A stretch of DNA of 64,000 bases from Octopus bimaculoides (Eukaryota), in contig NC_068982.1 in assembly GCF_001194135.2 (NCBI RefSeq), forward strand, positions 163,801,425-163,865,424, in the 5' to 3' direction. Under the pieces are notes generated by a model, which did not search any database, had not been told where the DNA came from, and worked only from the letters and a program-made list of their open reading frames with translations. The translations under genes were made by a program, and so were the position numbers. Below, piece by piece: positions 12,693 to 26,501 of this stretch (positions are counted from its first letter, which is position 1; each line of letters opens with the position of its first letter).

Positions 12693-14408
12693 TAGCATGT
12701 GAATATTAGATAGAAAAATGTTGTAGGCTACTTATGGGATTTGAACCCACATCTCCTGTAGACATTGCAGTGGGCTTCTTTCAGTTTCTGTCTACTAAAT
12801 CCACTCACAAGGTTTTGGTCAGCCTAGGGCTATAATAGAAAGCACTGAACCTGAAACTGTATGGTTGGGATGCAAACTTCTTAACCATTTGGTCATAGTG
12901 TACCTACCATGCAGATGTATAAGTACGCACATATGTGATCATTCAATTTGTGAGAAATATCAGTCAAATCTCCCTCAAATAAAAACCCAGTACATTGGCT
13001 AGTGTAGTCCAAGAGAGAAAAATGAAGACAGTATGATTATTACAGGTATATCTTTGACCATATCAATCAAATTTAACCTGGAGCTAAGCTACACCAGTAG
13101 CGGACATATATGCACACAATAAATTGAATGTGTTAACATGTTTCCATTAATGTCCTGCACACAACCAACCAAGATTAAAAACAATATAAGTTATATCACA
13201 CACAAACTCTTCACACGCATACGCAGCACATACACACACTCACACAAACGCTTCACACATATATACACATAGACACGCATGCGTGCGCACACACACACAC
13301 ACACACACACACATTCACTCAAAACATGTGTTTTTCTAAAAACTGGACATCCTAAACATAGAGTTACCAGACTCTGAAACATCAATAAAATGGATACGTG
13401 GGCAACTTTTTATAGAAACTGTCTAACGACAGTAAAGAAATTTATAAGAATTTACAAAAATTATCTAAGAAAAAAATATTATGAGACAAAAATTAATTCT
13501 TTTAATCAAATGTTTTTAAAAGAATAAATGTTCTACTCTCATACAAGATATTCTGTATATGTGTATGTGTGTGGAAATGTTTATGTTTATAAATAATACA
13601 TCTGACTATTGCTCTTTCTGTCTGTCTGTCTGACTGTGACTCTTTCTTACTCTATCTGTCTGTCAGACTATCTATCAATTTAGCTACTTGTCTGTCTGTC
13701 TTTCTGTGTATGTATGTCTGTCTTTCTGTGTATGTATGTCTGTACATATATATGTATGTGTGTATGTATGAATGGATTTAGGCTTCATCCCCACCTCACT
13801 GTCATAGACTTATGTCCTTACAACCATGATAAAGGCATCCCTCAGATGTCAGGCTGCTCTCAAACTGAGTAAGCTCACCTTATCATGGTCAACCTCAGTT
13901 TACCACTGCTAACTTCTTCCTTTTATATACTGAGCTGCAACTCTTCCCTACCAACATCTACCAGAATAAGAATTTCTACTCAACTTCTATAACTTCTCAA
14001 TATATTTCTTTGCATAGCATTATGAAGACAGTTACCAGGAAACCATTACAAATCCCTGCTTACAAACTGTATCAGATCACTGCCATATAACCCCATTCAA
14101 TTTTGTAGTTATGGTTCTCTAACTTCCTCTGCAATAACCAAATGTGTAAAACCCTGAAGAACTACACCCAGATCAGATCTGATTCAAAAAGTAATTTGTC
14201 TAAGAGGCAGTAATTCCAAAAGAGAACTGATACAAAGTAGAATGAACCCTTCTAGTTCTTGCATAGCATAACTTCTCTAGTGCCAATCACACAATAGGTT
14301 TTCTTCAGTCCATGGTATAAACCACATACAACACTTAAGGTTGACTGTTGCGCTGTACACAAGGCTAATTATCCAACCCATGCTACTAGGGAAAAATAGA
14401 CATAATAT

Positions 14409-14476
<68 letters not shown>

Positions 14477-16285
14477 ACATGTGTGTGTGTCTGTGTTTGC
14501 ACATATGCTTTTAAATCCTGAAATGATTTGCTATAAAGTAACTGAAATGTGAAACAACATTTCTAATATATTTAAATACACAGTTACAATACATATATTA
14601 TCCCCATCTTACCACGACTACCATCACTGTCACCATCATCCCATCACCCACTACCATATCTCTCCCACATACATGTGTATACACCTTGTACATACCATAC
14701 TCTCTGATATACATACATATATACATTCACTATCAGGATAATTAACTTAGTTCCAATTTAATCAATTTTATAAAAAGATCAATCAATTTAATGAGTTTTA
14801 CAGAAAATAATTAACCAATCTATTGATAGAAGAATAGCTTTTCTAATCTAATTAGTGATATCATTTATTGCTTTACCAAAAACAAAACAAGACAAAAACA
14901 AAGAAAAAATGAAAACACAAAACAAAACAAAAGCATTTGAGATTAACTGAAGAGTTTTATGATCAAAATTAAAAAGTGATTACAAAGTAAGTTATGGATC
15001 ATAAAATAATGTATTAAAATCTTTCCCATTGTGTTTTTGTTTTATTGTTATTTTAAAAATGATATACCGTGACCGAAACACTTGGTTAGTGAGAAGTTAG
15101 ATGAAAGTAAATCATGTTTCCATTGCCAGGTTTAACTGCATCAAAACTGCCTTGAATTTTTATGCTGCCAATTTCTTTCTGTTTCCTCTTCTTAACTGTA
15201 ATGGTCAAAGTTGAAGTTAACTTGAAAAACAAAGTTTTTGGCAAAAGTAATACTATATTGCTTCTGGTATTCTGTCAATCAGTTTGCGACCTCTTTTCAG
15301 TCTGATGTCTGTTTCTCAGAACTCTGCTCACTTTACAATACATTTAGCATCTCTTCTTATTATAACTCTTTATCTGAGTCCCTAATACCATCATCACTTA
15401 AAAAAAAAATGCATTTCACTTTCTCTCTTTTTTTTATTATAGATTTTTGCAATACCTGGCAAATAACAGAATTTTTGAGCTTTTGATGGATACTGTTGAT
15501 TATGTCCAGACAATAAATTTATACAATATACATGAAACAGATAAAGAGTATATCAATACTAGATAATTTTGATATATACATACACACACACACACACACA
15601 CACACATGCATGCACACACACACACACATGCATGCACATATACATGTATGTATACATACATATAGACATGCATATATATATATTTATATTTACAAGTATG
15701 CATATATATATATATATATTTATATGTAAGTATACATACATATATATAGGTATGTATATATGTACATACATGCATGCATACGTACATACATATATACATG
15801 CATACATGCATATATATTTTTATATATGTATACATACATGCACACATACACACATACACACATACAAACACACATACACACACACATACAAATACAGGTA
15901 TATGAAATACCATACAGCAGAAATTCCTGGTTTGTTAAAATTATTTCTGCCATTGGGGGATGTATCACAATTACCAAATGGTAATTAAGATAAGCTCCAA
16001 ATGAGAAGGAAAGATAATCTCAAAGAAGCAAGAATTCTCCAAAGTTGACAATACCATTATAAAAAAAGGACAGGTCTTTGTCTGGAAATAAGGAAACCAT
16101 TGTGAACACGTTTTTATAAATTATAAGAATTATCCTGTGTGTGCATCTGTTTGTGTATGTGTATGTGTGCGTGTGTATGTGTATGTGTGTATGCATAAAT
16201 GCATGTGTGTGTGAGTGTGTGTATGCATACATACATGTATGTATGTATAAAAATTATCAGGTATTGACATACTCTTTATCTATTT

Positions 16286-16329
<44 letters not shown>

Positions 16330-16344
16330 AAAGTGTGTATATCG

Positions 16345-17580
16345 TCATTTAACATCTGGTTTCCATGCTTGCACAGGCTGATTGGATTGACCAGAGCTAG
16401 CAAGCTAGTGAGCTGTACCAGGTTCCAGTCTGATTTGGCTTGGTTTCTATGGTTGTATGTTCTTCCTAGCACTAACCACTTTACAAGAGTGTGCTGGGTG
16501 CTTTTTACATGGACTGGCATGAGGGTTCTTGCAAGGCAAAACCCTTTTCAGCTAGGAGGAGAGCATTAACAATTTTACTGTGGTGGACAGGTCTTCTTGA
16601 ATACAGTGAGGTGCCAAATATCTCAGTCCTTTGTCATGTCCTCTGTAAGGCTCAGTGTCTTGAGATCAGCCTTTAGTACTTTGTCATATGTTCTCCTGGA
16701 TCTCCCTCTCCCACTAGTTCCATCCACTTTAAGTGATCAGCATTTCTTTATGTAGCTCTCTACATCCATCCACATCACCTAATCAAACAAGCGCAGCCTT
16801 CTCTCTTGCATACTGCACCTAATTCCTCTTATGCCTTACTTTTCTTTCAATATGCTAGCACTCTGCCACATATACATACTTATATTGCACATCCAGCAGA
16901 GCATACTAACTTCATTTCTCTCTAGCCTTCACATTTCCTTTGCATTCAGGGCCCATATTTCACTGCCATGTAGTATCACTATTTGTATACATGTACCATA
17001 CAATCTTCTTTTCACTTGGAGAGAGAAAGAAAGAGAGAGAGAGAGAGAGACACCTTTGGTTGCCAATAGTGATAAAAGCTCTGAATTTTCTCCATCCTAT
17101 TCTTATTCTAGTGTTTATACTTTTTAGTACATCCACTCACACTACTAATTAGACTCCCTAGGTAGCAGAAATCATCCAGTACCTCTAAAGAGCTTCTTGG
17201 GTATTTGAGAGAATTAATTTCCTGAGTATGTGTAGCCTTTATGGTTCTGGTGTATCTACATCTTCCACAAACACTGCTTTCTCTGATAGCCCTTATACCC
17301 TTATATTATTCCACTGCACCTCTTGTGCACTGAGTACGCTATATGGAGTTCCTGCCTATACCTTTTCCATACATTGAGCAGGACCATTCACCTGAAATGG
17401 GTAGGGTTCTTGCTGTTTTGTTGCTTGCTAAAATCTTAGTCTTTGATAAGTTAATCTTAGGGCCCTTTGATTCCAGGTTTTGCTTCCACACGTGGAATTT
17501 CTTTTCTAGTTCTGTCACAGAATCTGCTATGAGAGCAAGGTCATCAACATATAACACATCCCAGGGACAGTCCAGCACAC
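16345..17580 (-). mobile_element. 5'-truncated, decayed RTE LINE
   Basis: CPWDVLYVDDLALIADSVTELEKKFHVWKQNLESKG (YADD-equivalent RT motif), degenerate Cys module, C-terminal region and RTE 3' UTR. Confidence 0.9.
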
Positions 17581-18874
17581 ACACATACATGCTTTCATAT
17601 ACTAATCTTGATTTGAATCTAAAATAACTCTCCTTGATTCTAGAAGTCAAATTGATTTTTAAATACTTAAACTGTTTAATGAACACAGTCACCCCCAATG
17701 CACATAAAAATAGATTGACTTTTGTTTCTTTAGTAAGATATTGATCTATAATAAGAAAGATTCACAGTTCATATCAAATCGCAAAGCTGCCACTGTATTC
17801 ACAGAAGTACTTAACTTAATGATTCAGTCCATCTATTTTCTTTTAATCTAATCAAAGATGAACACTGCTAATGTGTCAGTAATATATTTATCAAAGTTGC
17901 CAATTTGATGTATCCAATTTAATAAAACCCTTAATTATAGTGGTTATGTGTACAATATTGCTGCAGGTACTTAGGGTAACATAATCAGTTACTGATGAAA
18001 TCTCAATAAAAATTGAAATCGATCCAGTTGATCTTTCCTTCACTGTTCATGGTGAAACTGTATGAAAAGTCAGGTGTTTATGACTGTCCAATGTATTTAA
18101 TTAAGTTTAATTAATTTTTATACAGTGTCAGCTGAAATCTATAGTTTTATTGTCCAGTATTATCTTACTAAAGCTGAACACAGCTAGCATAGAAGTAATT
18201 TCTCTTCTCCAAATTATGTACTAAACATTTTCTCCATTTCTTCTCTGAAATGCTTCATTCCAGAACTCACATTTCATTCTGTTATCCTTTCAATTGCTGT
18301 TGTGTTCTGTAACTCTTATTAAACGTAAGTGAAATATTCACTGATGATCTATGAAATGTTATATACTCATTAATACTTGTAGCATTTATATGTAAATTTT
18401 ACATGCAGGTAAAATTTTGTTCCCTCAGTATTGAATCATTTTTGGAGCAAATATATTAAAGGTTTAAAGATAACAAAAACCAGATTAATTACTGAGTAAT
18501 GTTACTGAGTTACAGAAGCCATTGTGAATCCTGCTATACTTTGAATCAATGTGTCAGAACTTTATAATCATATTTGTTAATTAAAATATTATTTTTCTGT
18601 CAGTTGCACATGGACTATATTTAAATATGACACACTGATAATGTTTTCAGAATACCTAATTGCTATCATGATTATAACAAGTAATGCAGTCACCTCTAAA
18701 TTATCACTCACCTTATTCAATGCAGTGGCCAAATATCTATCAACAAATGATATAGGGACCACATAATGTTTATCATCACTGTTAGCAACAGGGAGAAGTT
18801 ACATTTTTCTTAATAAACAAAACAGCAGCCAAATCATATTGAACATCTCCTTGAACAATATCTTTTATCTCTTG

Positions 18875-19075
18875 TCTTTTACTTGTTTCAGTCATTAGAC
18901 TGTGGCCATTCTGGGGCACCACCTTGAAGAATTTTTAGCTGAATTACTTGACCCCAGTACTTTTTATAAAACCTGGTACTTATTTGACTGCTTTTGCCAA
19001 ACTGGTAAGTTATGAGGATGTAAATACACCAACATCGCTTGTCAAGTGGTGGTGGGGAACAAACACAGACACAAA

Positions 19076-19130
<55 letters not shown>

Positions 19131-19290
19131 CATTGTGGGCTTCTTTCAGTTTCTGTCTACCAAATCAACTCACAAGGCTTTGGTCAGCCCAAAAGTATAG
19201 TAGAAGACACTTACCAGAGGTGCCACACAGTGAGACTGAACCCAGAACCATGTGGTTGGGAAGCAAGCTTCTTACAATACAGATATGCCT
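18875..19290 (-). mobile_element. tRNA-derived SINE family A
   Basis: Complete tail-to-head match with internal (CA)n. Confidence 0.9.
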
Positions 19291-21388
19291 GTTGCATTTC
19301 TTAGAATATAATTTTTCTGTTAAATGCATTTTTTTTTTATTAAAGCCATCTGAACAAAAAAGTTTAGTCTCTGCTGACATCCTGAACATTTTTTATATCC
19401 TCCAGCTGAGCAAATGATAAATAAATGCAGATGTCTAAGTTGATAATGTATTGGGGAGATGAAAAGTTGTATGGTTTTCAATTACTCATTAGAACCGTAC
19501 AGTATCCATTAAGCAAGACACTAAACTCTCACTGGTTCTGTTTACATAGCTGTATCAGATAAAGTAGGATATGTGCAATGAAAGCACTGTTTAATTAATA
19601 ATTGTTTAATTCACTGCAATATTGAATTTAATGAATTCAGACACTGTTTGAGACCATACTGACCCTTCTTAATAATTTGTTGCTATCTCATGATGAGTAT
19701 TGTTCACATTCAAACCCCTGTTATCGATCAGGTCAACTATTGATAGCAATCCATCAACAAATACTGACTTATAATACTGAAATGTCAATCTTATGTTGGC
19801 TTTTAACACCATTTTGCCTATTAACATCGGTTAGTCCATCATTTGGTGGCAATTGACTGCAACTAGTAGGCTGACCTTCCACATCATTTGTCCATCAAAT
19901 GTTGACCATTGACCTTTGGTGTCTTGTCCCCCTGAATCTGACCTTTAACACTATTTAATCAATTACATATTGACTTTTAACATCAATTCACTGCACACTG
20001 ACCTTTAACATTAACTAGTCAATCATATACTGACCATCTAGATCTAATTCTTTCTGAAACTCTCATCTCATAAAGTATTCCTCAGAAGTCAGAATCTTAC
20101 ATAAATAAATTCTTTATTTGAAAAGCTAGTTTTATAATCAGTAGTTTAGAGAAATTTATGTTATTTCTGTGAAGATGGCCAGCATTCATAACAAGAATAA
20201 TATTACAGCTATGATAATTGATGTTATCATTGCTAGAATTTGTTGTGATATTGTTGTTTTTGCTCTAGACTTCAAGATTACTGCTTATAAGGTTTGATGC
20301 TTATGACCATTTTCAACAAATATTTTACAAGGCAATCAATTTTGTTAGCTAGGTGATATTTAGCAGTAAATTTATGAGACCAGCAAAGAGAAACTTTACA
20401 AATCTATGATGGATAATTTTAGCATCAGAACTGAAATCAAGTTTTATTTCACTAGTTGTAATCAAAATTTTTATGGTGACTTTTCAATTCATATTGGATA
20501 TTTTTGTTGTCATTTCATTGAAGATATTTAATGTGTAACTGTTGCTGCATCTTTCACCATTGAGTCTTAAATTATTAGCCAAGTATGTTAACAGAAAGAC
20601 CTATATATTCCTGATAAATATGTAGACGGTTGATGTACTGAATCCACTATGAAAAATTTATAAATTAACTGAAACATTTCTTTTAGAGAAACAGACAAAA
20701 ATTGGCTGGCAACTCACAAAGAAAACTGCAGAAAAATTTCAGGAAATTATGAATCAATTTCATTATCTTAATTTTCATACTCAAGTGGAATCTGACCTAT
20801 GTTTGCATGCAAGGGGACATCAGCTATGGACATGTTTCAGATATGTAGAACCTCATAAGCTTCATATAATCCAGCTGTGATTATGCTGTCTCTCTTATGG
20901 TCATGGAGAACTTTGTTATTTAGTGTGCTCTTTAATTATTTAAGATGATAAGGTGTGATTTTTAAGAAGAGTTGATTGTTAATGTCATCAACATTTATGC
21001 CTGATGGACGAAAATCTAAGCAAATCTTTTTTTTCCAGGAAACCTAAATTGAAGCCATTGCATTGCAGATGCCAACGTCTCTCAGGGCCTCATCTTGCAA
21101 GTGAAATTCTTGCTAATAGTAATATTTGATGAATGAATGTGTGTATTATGTTAGTCTTCTAAACAACAGAACTAATCCATTACTTCAAGTAGACAATAAA
21201 TAGGTCTGTTGCAAAAAACAAAAAAACAAAAAAACAACCAAAATCCAAAAACATTCCAATTTTTACTTTCTGTTTCTCTTTCTTTTTGTCTTCTTTCTTC
21301 TCTTCTTTCTCTCTTTATTCCTTAGCAGGAATTTCATGAAGTAATTACAATGCAGTTGTGCAAGGAAATGTTGATTCCTGCATCTTAC

Positions 21389-21450
21389 TTGCAATTGAGA
21401 TTGCATTTCAAGTTTCTCTTTGCACATGTTAAATTGGAATTTCAGCAAGT
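21389..21450 (-). CDS. candidate internal exon (x-LLKFQFNMCKEKLEMQSQLQ), unknown host gene
   Basis: Acceptor tatctatgtcttttag, donor CAA|gtaaga, only one open frame, helical-looking composition. Confidence 0.4.
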
Positions 21451-21918
21451 CTAAAAGACATAGATACAGAGTGGGGATAATGCTTTCCTGTTCCTGAGGT
21501 CAACATTGCTGTAAACCCTTATGTCAATCCTTGTTCAATAGTCAAAACACTAGGAAGCAGAAAATCGATAAGTTTTCATGTAAGAATTAGCTAGAAGTAT
21601 CTCAGTAATAATAAACTTAAGAATAAAGCTGTAAGATGAGAAGTGAGTGAAAGAATTGGACAAGCTGGAGATAAAATACTTATTACTCTCCTTCTCTCTC
21701 ACTGTTTCTTGTTGTCTCTCTCTTTCTCATTAACACACACACACACATGCATACACACACACATGTAAATATGCAGATACATATGGTGTGTATTACATGT
21801 GTGTGTGTGTGCGTGTGTGAGTTTTGAATTTTGAATTTGTTTAAAACATATATCTTGGATAATGAATAAATATCATATATATCTTACACACACACACATA
21901 CACACACACACATGTATG

Positions 21919-21981
<63 letters not shown>

Positions 21982-22196
21982 NNNNNNNNNNGTCTCTCTC
22001 TTTCTCATTAACACACACACACACATGCATACACACACACATGTAAATATGCAGATACATATGGTGTGTATTACATGTGTGTGTGTGTGCGTGTGTGAGT
22101 TTTGAATTTTGAATTTGTTTAAAACATATATCTTGGATAATGAATAAATATCATATATATCTTACACACACACACATACACACACACACATGTATG

Positions 22197-22231
<35 letters not shown>

Positions 22232-23499
22232 ATTGAAATATATTTAATGCACAATATATGGGTTTATCTAATCCAGTGGTGCTCTCAAAAAGCTTTTTTA
22301 GTGAAGCAGGCTACAAACTGCATCATAAACCAAGAAATACAACCTATATAAATATTGCTATACAACATATTGCTGTATGTTTGGCTAGTAGGTGAGAGAT
22401 ACAAGGTTCGATTCTAACCAAGGAATTTCTGAATATGTTTAGTTTTTAGGTTGTTATTTATCACTGTATGATATTTAACATTGTTTATAAATGCTCTCTC
22501 TCTCTCTTTCTCCCATACACACCTATATACACACACTCACACACACACACACCTACACACACATACACACATTCCATCACATGCCCACTTGCAAGTGTGC
22601 ACACACTGACAAAAACTTTGTACAAAAGCTTACACCTCTCTTTCTGACTTCTGATAGGACAGCATTCCTGACATTTTATCTTGCCCCACCTCTTTCCCGC
22701 CAATTTAACATTAGTTTTTCGAACACACACACGCACACACGCACACACACACATGCATGCACACACACATGCATGCATGCACACACACGCATGCACACAC
22801 ACATGTATGCACACACATGCACACACACCCACACTCTCTCACGCTCTTCCTATCTCCCAGTATTTTCTTTTTGCTTCTTTTTCTCTAAGACGAAAGTCTC
22901 ACTTTCAAAATGGCTATAAATTCTTTTCTCTTTCCATACAAGTCTTAAACAAATACCTTTCTCATTATATTTTGTTCCTCTTGAGGTCTTTTTTTAAACT
23001 GTTTTCACTGTCTTTTGACTTTGCATTATACATACATACATGCATACATGCATACATACATACATACAAACACACACACATACATGCATACACATACATA
23101 CATACATTCACACATGCACATGTACACACATGTACACACACATACACAGACACACAAACACAGACACACACACACTTTACTCAGTAAGGAAAGTGATTTT
23201 GGACACCCAGCAGGAAGAAGAACAAGAACTGTCAAAGAACAGATTAGCTTGGGATTGTCAATAACTGTCCAAAAATGTGTACATATGCATGTAAAGCATA
23301 TGTGTAATAGTTAGTGACATGTTCATATTTTATTCAAATGAAGAATGGGAGAAACAATTTTCATCTCCATAGTTTTGAGGTTGGCAGCTTCAAGCCAACT
23401 CAGGAAACTGGTGCTTGTAGCAACATGCTATCAAGCTCTTTTAGAAGCACAGATGTAGGGCAAACATTTAGAATGATATTTTATGGTCTGCACACTCAC

Positions 23500-23577
23500 C
23501 AAGTTGCTGTGAAGTCTGGAGTTTGTATGAGAGTATCTTGAATTCTCATATAAGCTCAATTGTCTTAACTTTTCTTG
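23500..23577 (-). CDS. candidate internal exon (QEKLRQLSLYENSRYSHTNSRLHSNL)
   Basis: Strong donor TTG|gtgagt; acceptor tgtccagtag; 78 nt, phase 0-0. Confidence 0.25.
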
Positions 23578-23714
23578 CTACTGGACATATTTTGTAAGAA
23601 TGAAAAAGTAAATCTGTAGTTTTTCTCTATAAAAGAAAACTTTGTACTAGTGTAACATCTGTCTAGGTTCTTGTCAAATTTAATGACTGATCCATCATGT
23701 CATACACAGGTATT

Positions 23715-23938
23715 CTTTTATTCTTTTACTTGTTTCAGTTATTTGACTGCAGCCATGCTGGAGCACCACCTTTAGTTGAACAAATCAATCCCAGGACTTA
23801 TTCTTTGTAAGCCTAGTACTTATTCTATCGTCTGTGTGGCTGAACTACTAAGTTACAGGGACGTAAACACACTAACATCAGTTGTCAAGCAATGGTGGGG
23901 TGACGAACATGGACACACAAATACTTACACACATGCAT

Positions 23939-24007
<69 letters not shown>

Positions 24008-24033
24008 NNNNNNNNNNCACACACACACACACA

Positions 24034-24071
<38 letters not shown>

Positions 24072-24200
24072 ACAGGTTTCTTTCAGTTTCTGTCTACCAA
24101 ATCCACTCAGACGGCTTTGGTCAGCCTGAGGTTATAGCAGAAGACATTTGCCACGCAGTGGGACTTGCTTCCTAACCATGTGGTTAGGAAGCAAGCTTCT
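23715..24200 (-). mobile_element. tRNA-derived SINE family A
   Basis: Tail-to-head match with internal (CA)n containing a 10-N gap. Confidence 0.9.
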
Positions 24201-24399
24201 AACCACACAGCCACTCTTGCAATTGTTTTGCCTCTTTTGAATTACAATGAACCATATTTATCAAATGCTTATTTCTAGTTTTTCTAGGGTGCTTGTTCCC
24301 AACAGGAGGGGAACTAAACTTGGCCTTGTCACTGTTTGGTGTGCTGAGTTGTTCCTACTTTAATCATTTTGTGGTAGACTAGCAATTTCTCTTTTACTC

Positions 24400-24810
24400 T
24401 TTTACTTGTTTCAGTCATTTGACTGTGGCCATGCTGGAGCACCACCTTTAGTCATGCAAATCGACCCCAGGACTTAATATTTGGAAGCCTAGTACTTATT
24501 CTATAGACCTCTTTTGCCGAACCGCTAAATTACAGGGACGTAAACACACCAGCACTGGTTGTCAAGCGATGTTGGGGGCACAAACACAGACACACAAACA
24601 CACACACACACACACATACATATACATATATATATACATATATATACGACGGGCTTCTTTCAGTTTCTGTCTACCAAATCCACTCACAAGGCTTTGGTCG
24701 GCCCGAGGCTATAGTAGAAAACACTTGCCAAAGGTGCCACGCAGTGGCACTGGACCCAGAACCATGTGGTTGGTAAGCAAGCTACTTACCACACAGCCAC
24801 TCCAGCGCCT
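24400..24810 (-). mobile_element. tRNA-derived SINE family A (young copy)
   Basis: Close match to other copies with CpGs retained. Confidence 0.9.
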
Positions 24811-24929
24811 ATATTGTGAGAATCTCAGAACTGATAACATGCATCTTTTAATTAGCTCCACATTGATTACTCCAATCTTTCCAGTTTCATGCTGATTATT
24901 CCCACCCATTCTTGTGTGATGTGAGCAAC

Positions 24930-25285
24930 CATATATATCCTCTACAGCAAGAAACCTGTTTTAGCCCCTTCCTCCATACTCTTACTTTTCATCACCTAAC
25001 ATAAAGCTATCTCTCTTTTTAATGTAGCCCCACTCAACCACAGAGGATCATCTTAGTTTTGCAAGGTACAGAGTGATTGCACTAGTGCTGGTGTCACAAA
25101 AGAGCACTCAGCTTACTTTGTAAAGTGGTTGGTGTCAGGAAGGACATCCAGCCATTGAAGCCATACCAAAGCAGACATCAGAGCGTGACACAGTCTTCTA
25201 AACCATTGGCTCCTGTCAAACCATCTGGCCAATGCCAGCATGGAAGATGGATGTTAAAAGATGATGATGGTGATGATGATGATGA
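24930..25285 (+). mobile_element. RTE-tail-type element ending in (GAT)n
   Basis: GTGGTTGGTGTCAGGAAGGACATCCAGCC core, then CCAGCATGGAAGATGGATGTTAAAAGATGATGAT. Confidence 0.75.
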
Positions 25286-25919
25286 TATAAAAGCCTCTGT
25301 TATTTGGAATAAGCTAGCCTTGTTTCCATTTAATGCAGACATCCTGACCAACTTGTCTTTCTGTCTCATGCCACTCTTATTGCACCCAAACTACTAAGCT
25401 CCACCCTAACCAATATTGACAGTTGTTTCTTCCCAGGACATTGATCCTCGAATCTTCTCCTACTGATGACAAGAAGGGCATTCAGCTATAGAAAATCTGC
25501 CTCAGTAAACTCTGTCCAATCGATGCAAGCTTAGAAAAGTGGACATTAATACAATGATGATGCGGATGATGATGAAAATGATATACATTAGTTTTCTCAA
25601 TTTCTGTCAGCCAAATTCACTCACAAGGTACTGTGCAGTGGGCTGAACCTGAAACCACATGGTTGCAAATTGACTCTGTAACTACACAACCAAGTCTGCA
25701 CTGATATAAAAACATATTCTCCATGCAAACATACATATAAGACAGTTCAGTATGTAAAAGAATATGCATTCTTGATTAACATGTACAGGCTTAAAAAGAT
25801 ATTTAGTTTTGCTTTAGACTAGCAATATTGGGGTTACGACACTAAATGTATTCGTCATGTTGCATGGTTGACAGCAGATTAACCAGTTTAGGATTTATTA
25901 GTTACTTCATCATGCTCAC

Positions 25920-25959
25920 GAGTAGTTCATCACATGACCGACCAAATTCAACAAAGTTA
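25920..25959 (-). CDS. candidate internal exon (x-NFVEFGRSCDELL); alternative acceptor at 26017
   Basis: Acceptor tctgtttacttgcag, donor CTC|gtgagc; the frame is also open from the upstream acceptor (LKFVRAMSTTGQYCLFTCS...). Confidence 0.3.
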
Positions 25960-26413
25960 CTGCAAGTAAACAGACAATATTGTCCAGTTGTAGACATAGC
26001 TCTGACAAATTTTAACACTAAAAACTATGTAGCATGAATAAGATTCAGTTGAGTATATGAGAGTATTAGCCAGAATGTTATTCTAGAACAAGATTGAATA
26101 TGATAAATGTCATATATATAACACACTTATATACAAAACCATTTTGTGATTAGATTGAATAGCATCCAAAATAATAACAAACATACATGTACACACATAT
26201 GTATATGTTAATTTGTGTAAAATAAACAAGGGTTATATCCCTGAACCATGGCTTTGCTCGTGTATCATTAACTGACCAAATAAAGTTGTGATTTAGACAT
26301 GTAATCCATATTTATCTCACACAAATAAACATATATAGAGTTCTTCACATGCTTGAAATAAACTGTACTGAGTACTTTTATGTTTCTGTGCCACAACATA
26401 AATAAAGGGTGTG

Positions 26414-26501
<88 letters not shown>

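Noticed and set aside
15500-16570. Many overlapping ORFs rich in HT/YI/CV dipeptides (also near 22.5, 30.4, 40, 49.5 and 50.3 kb)
   Set aside because: (CA)n, (TA)n and (TACA)n microsatellites are stop-poor; no coding signal.
21713-22200. Exact ~240-bp duplication
   Set aside because: The copies flank a 10-N gap inside a (TA)n run; assembly artefact.
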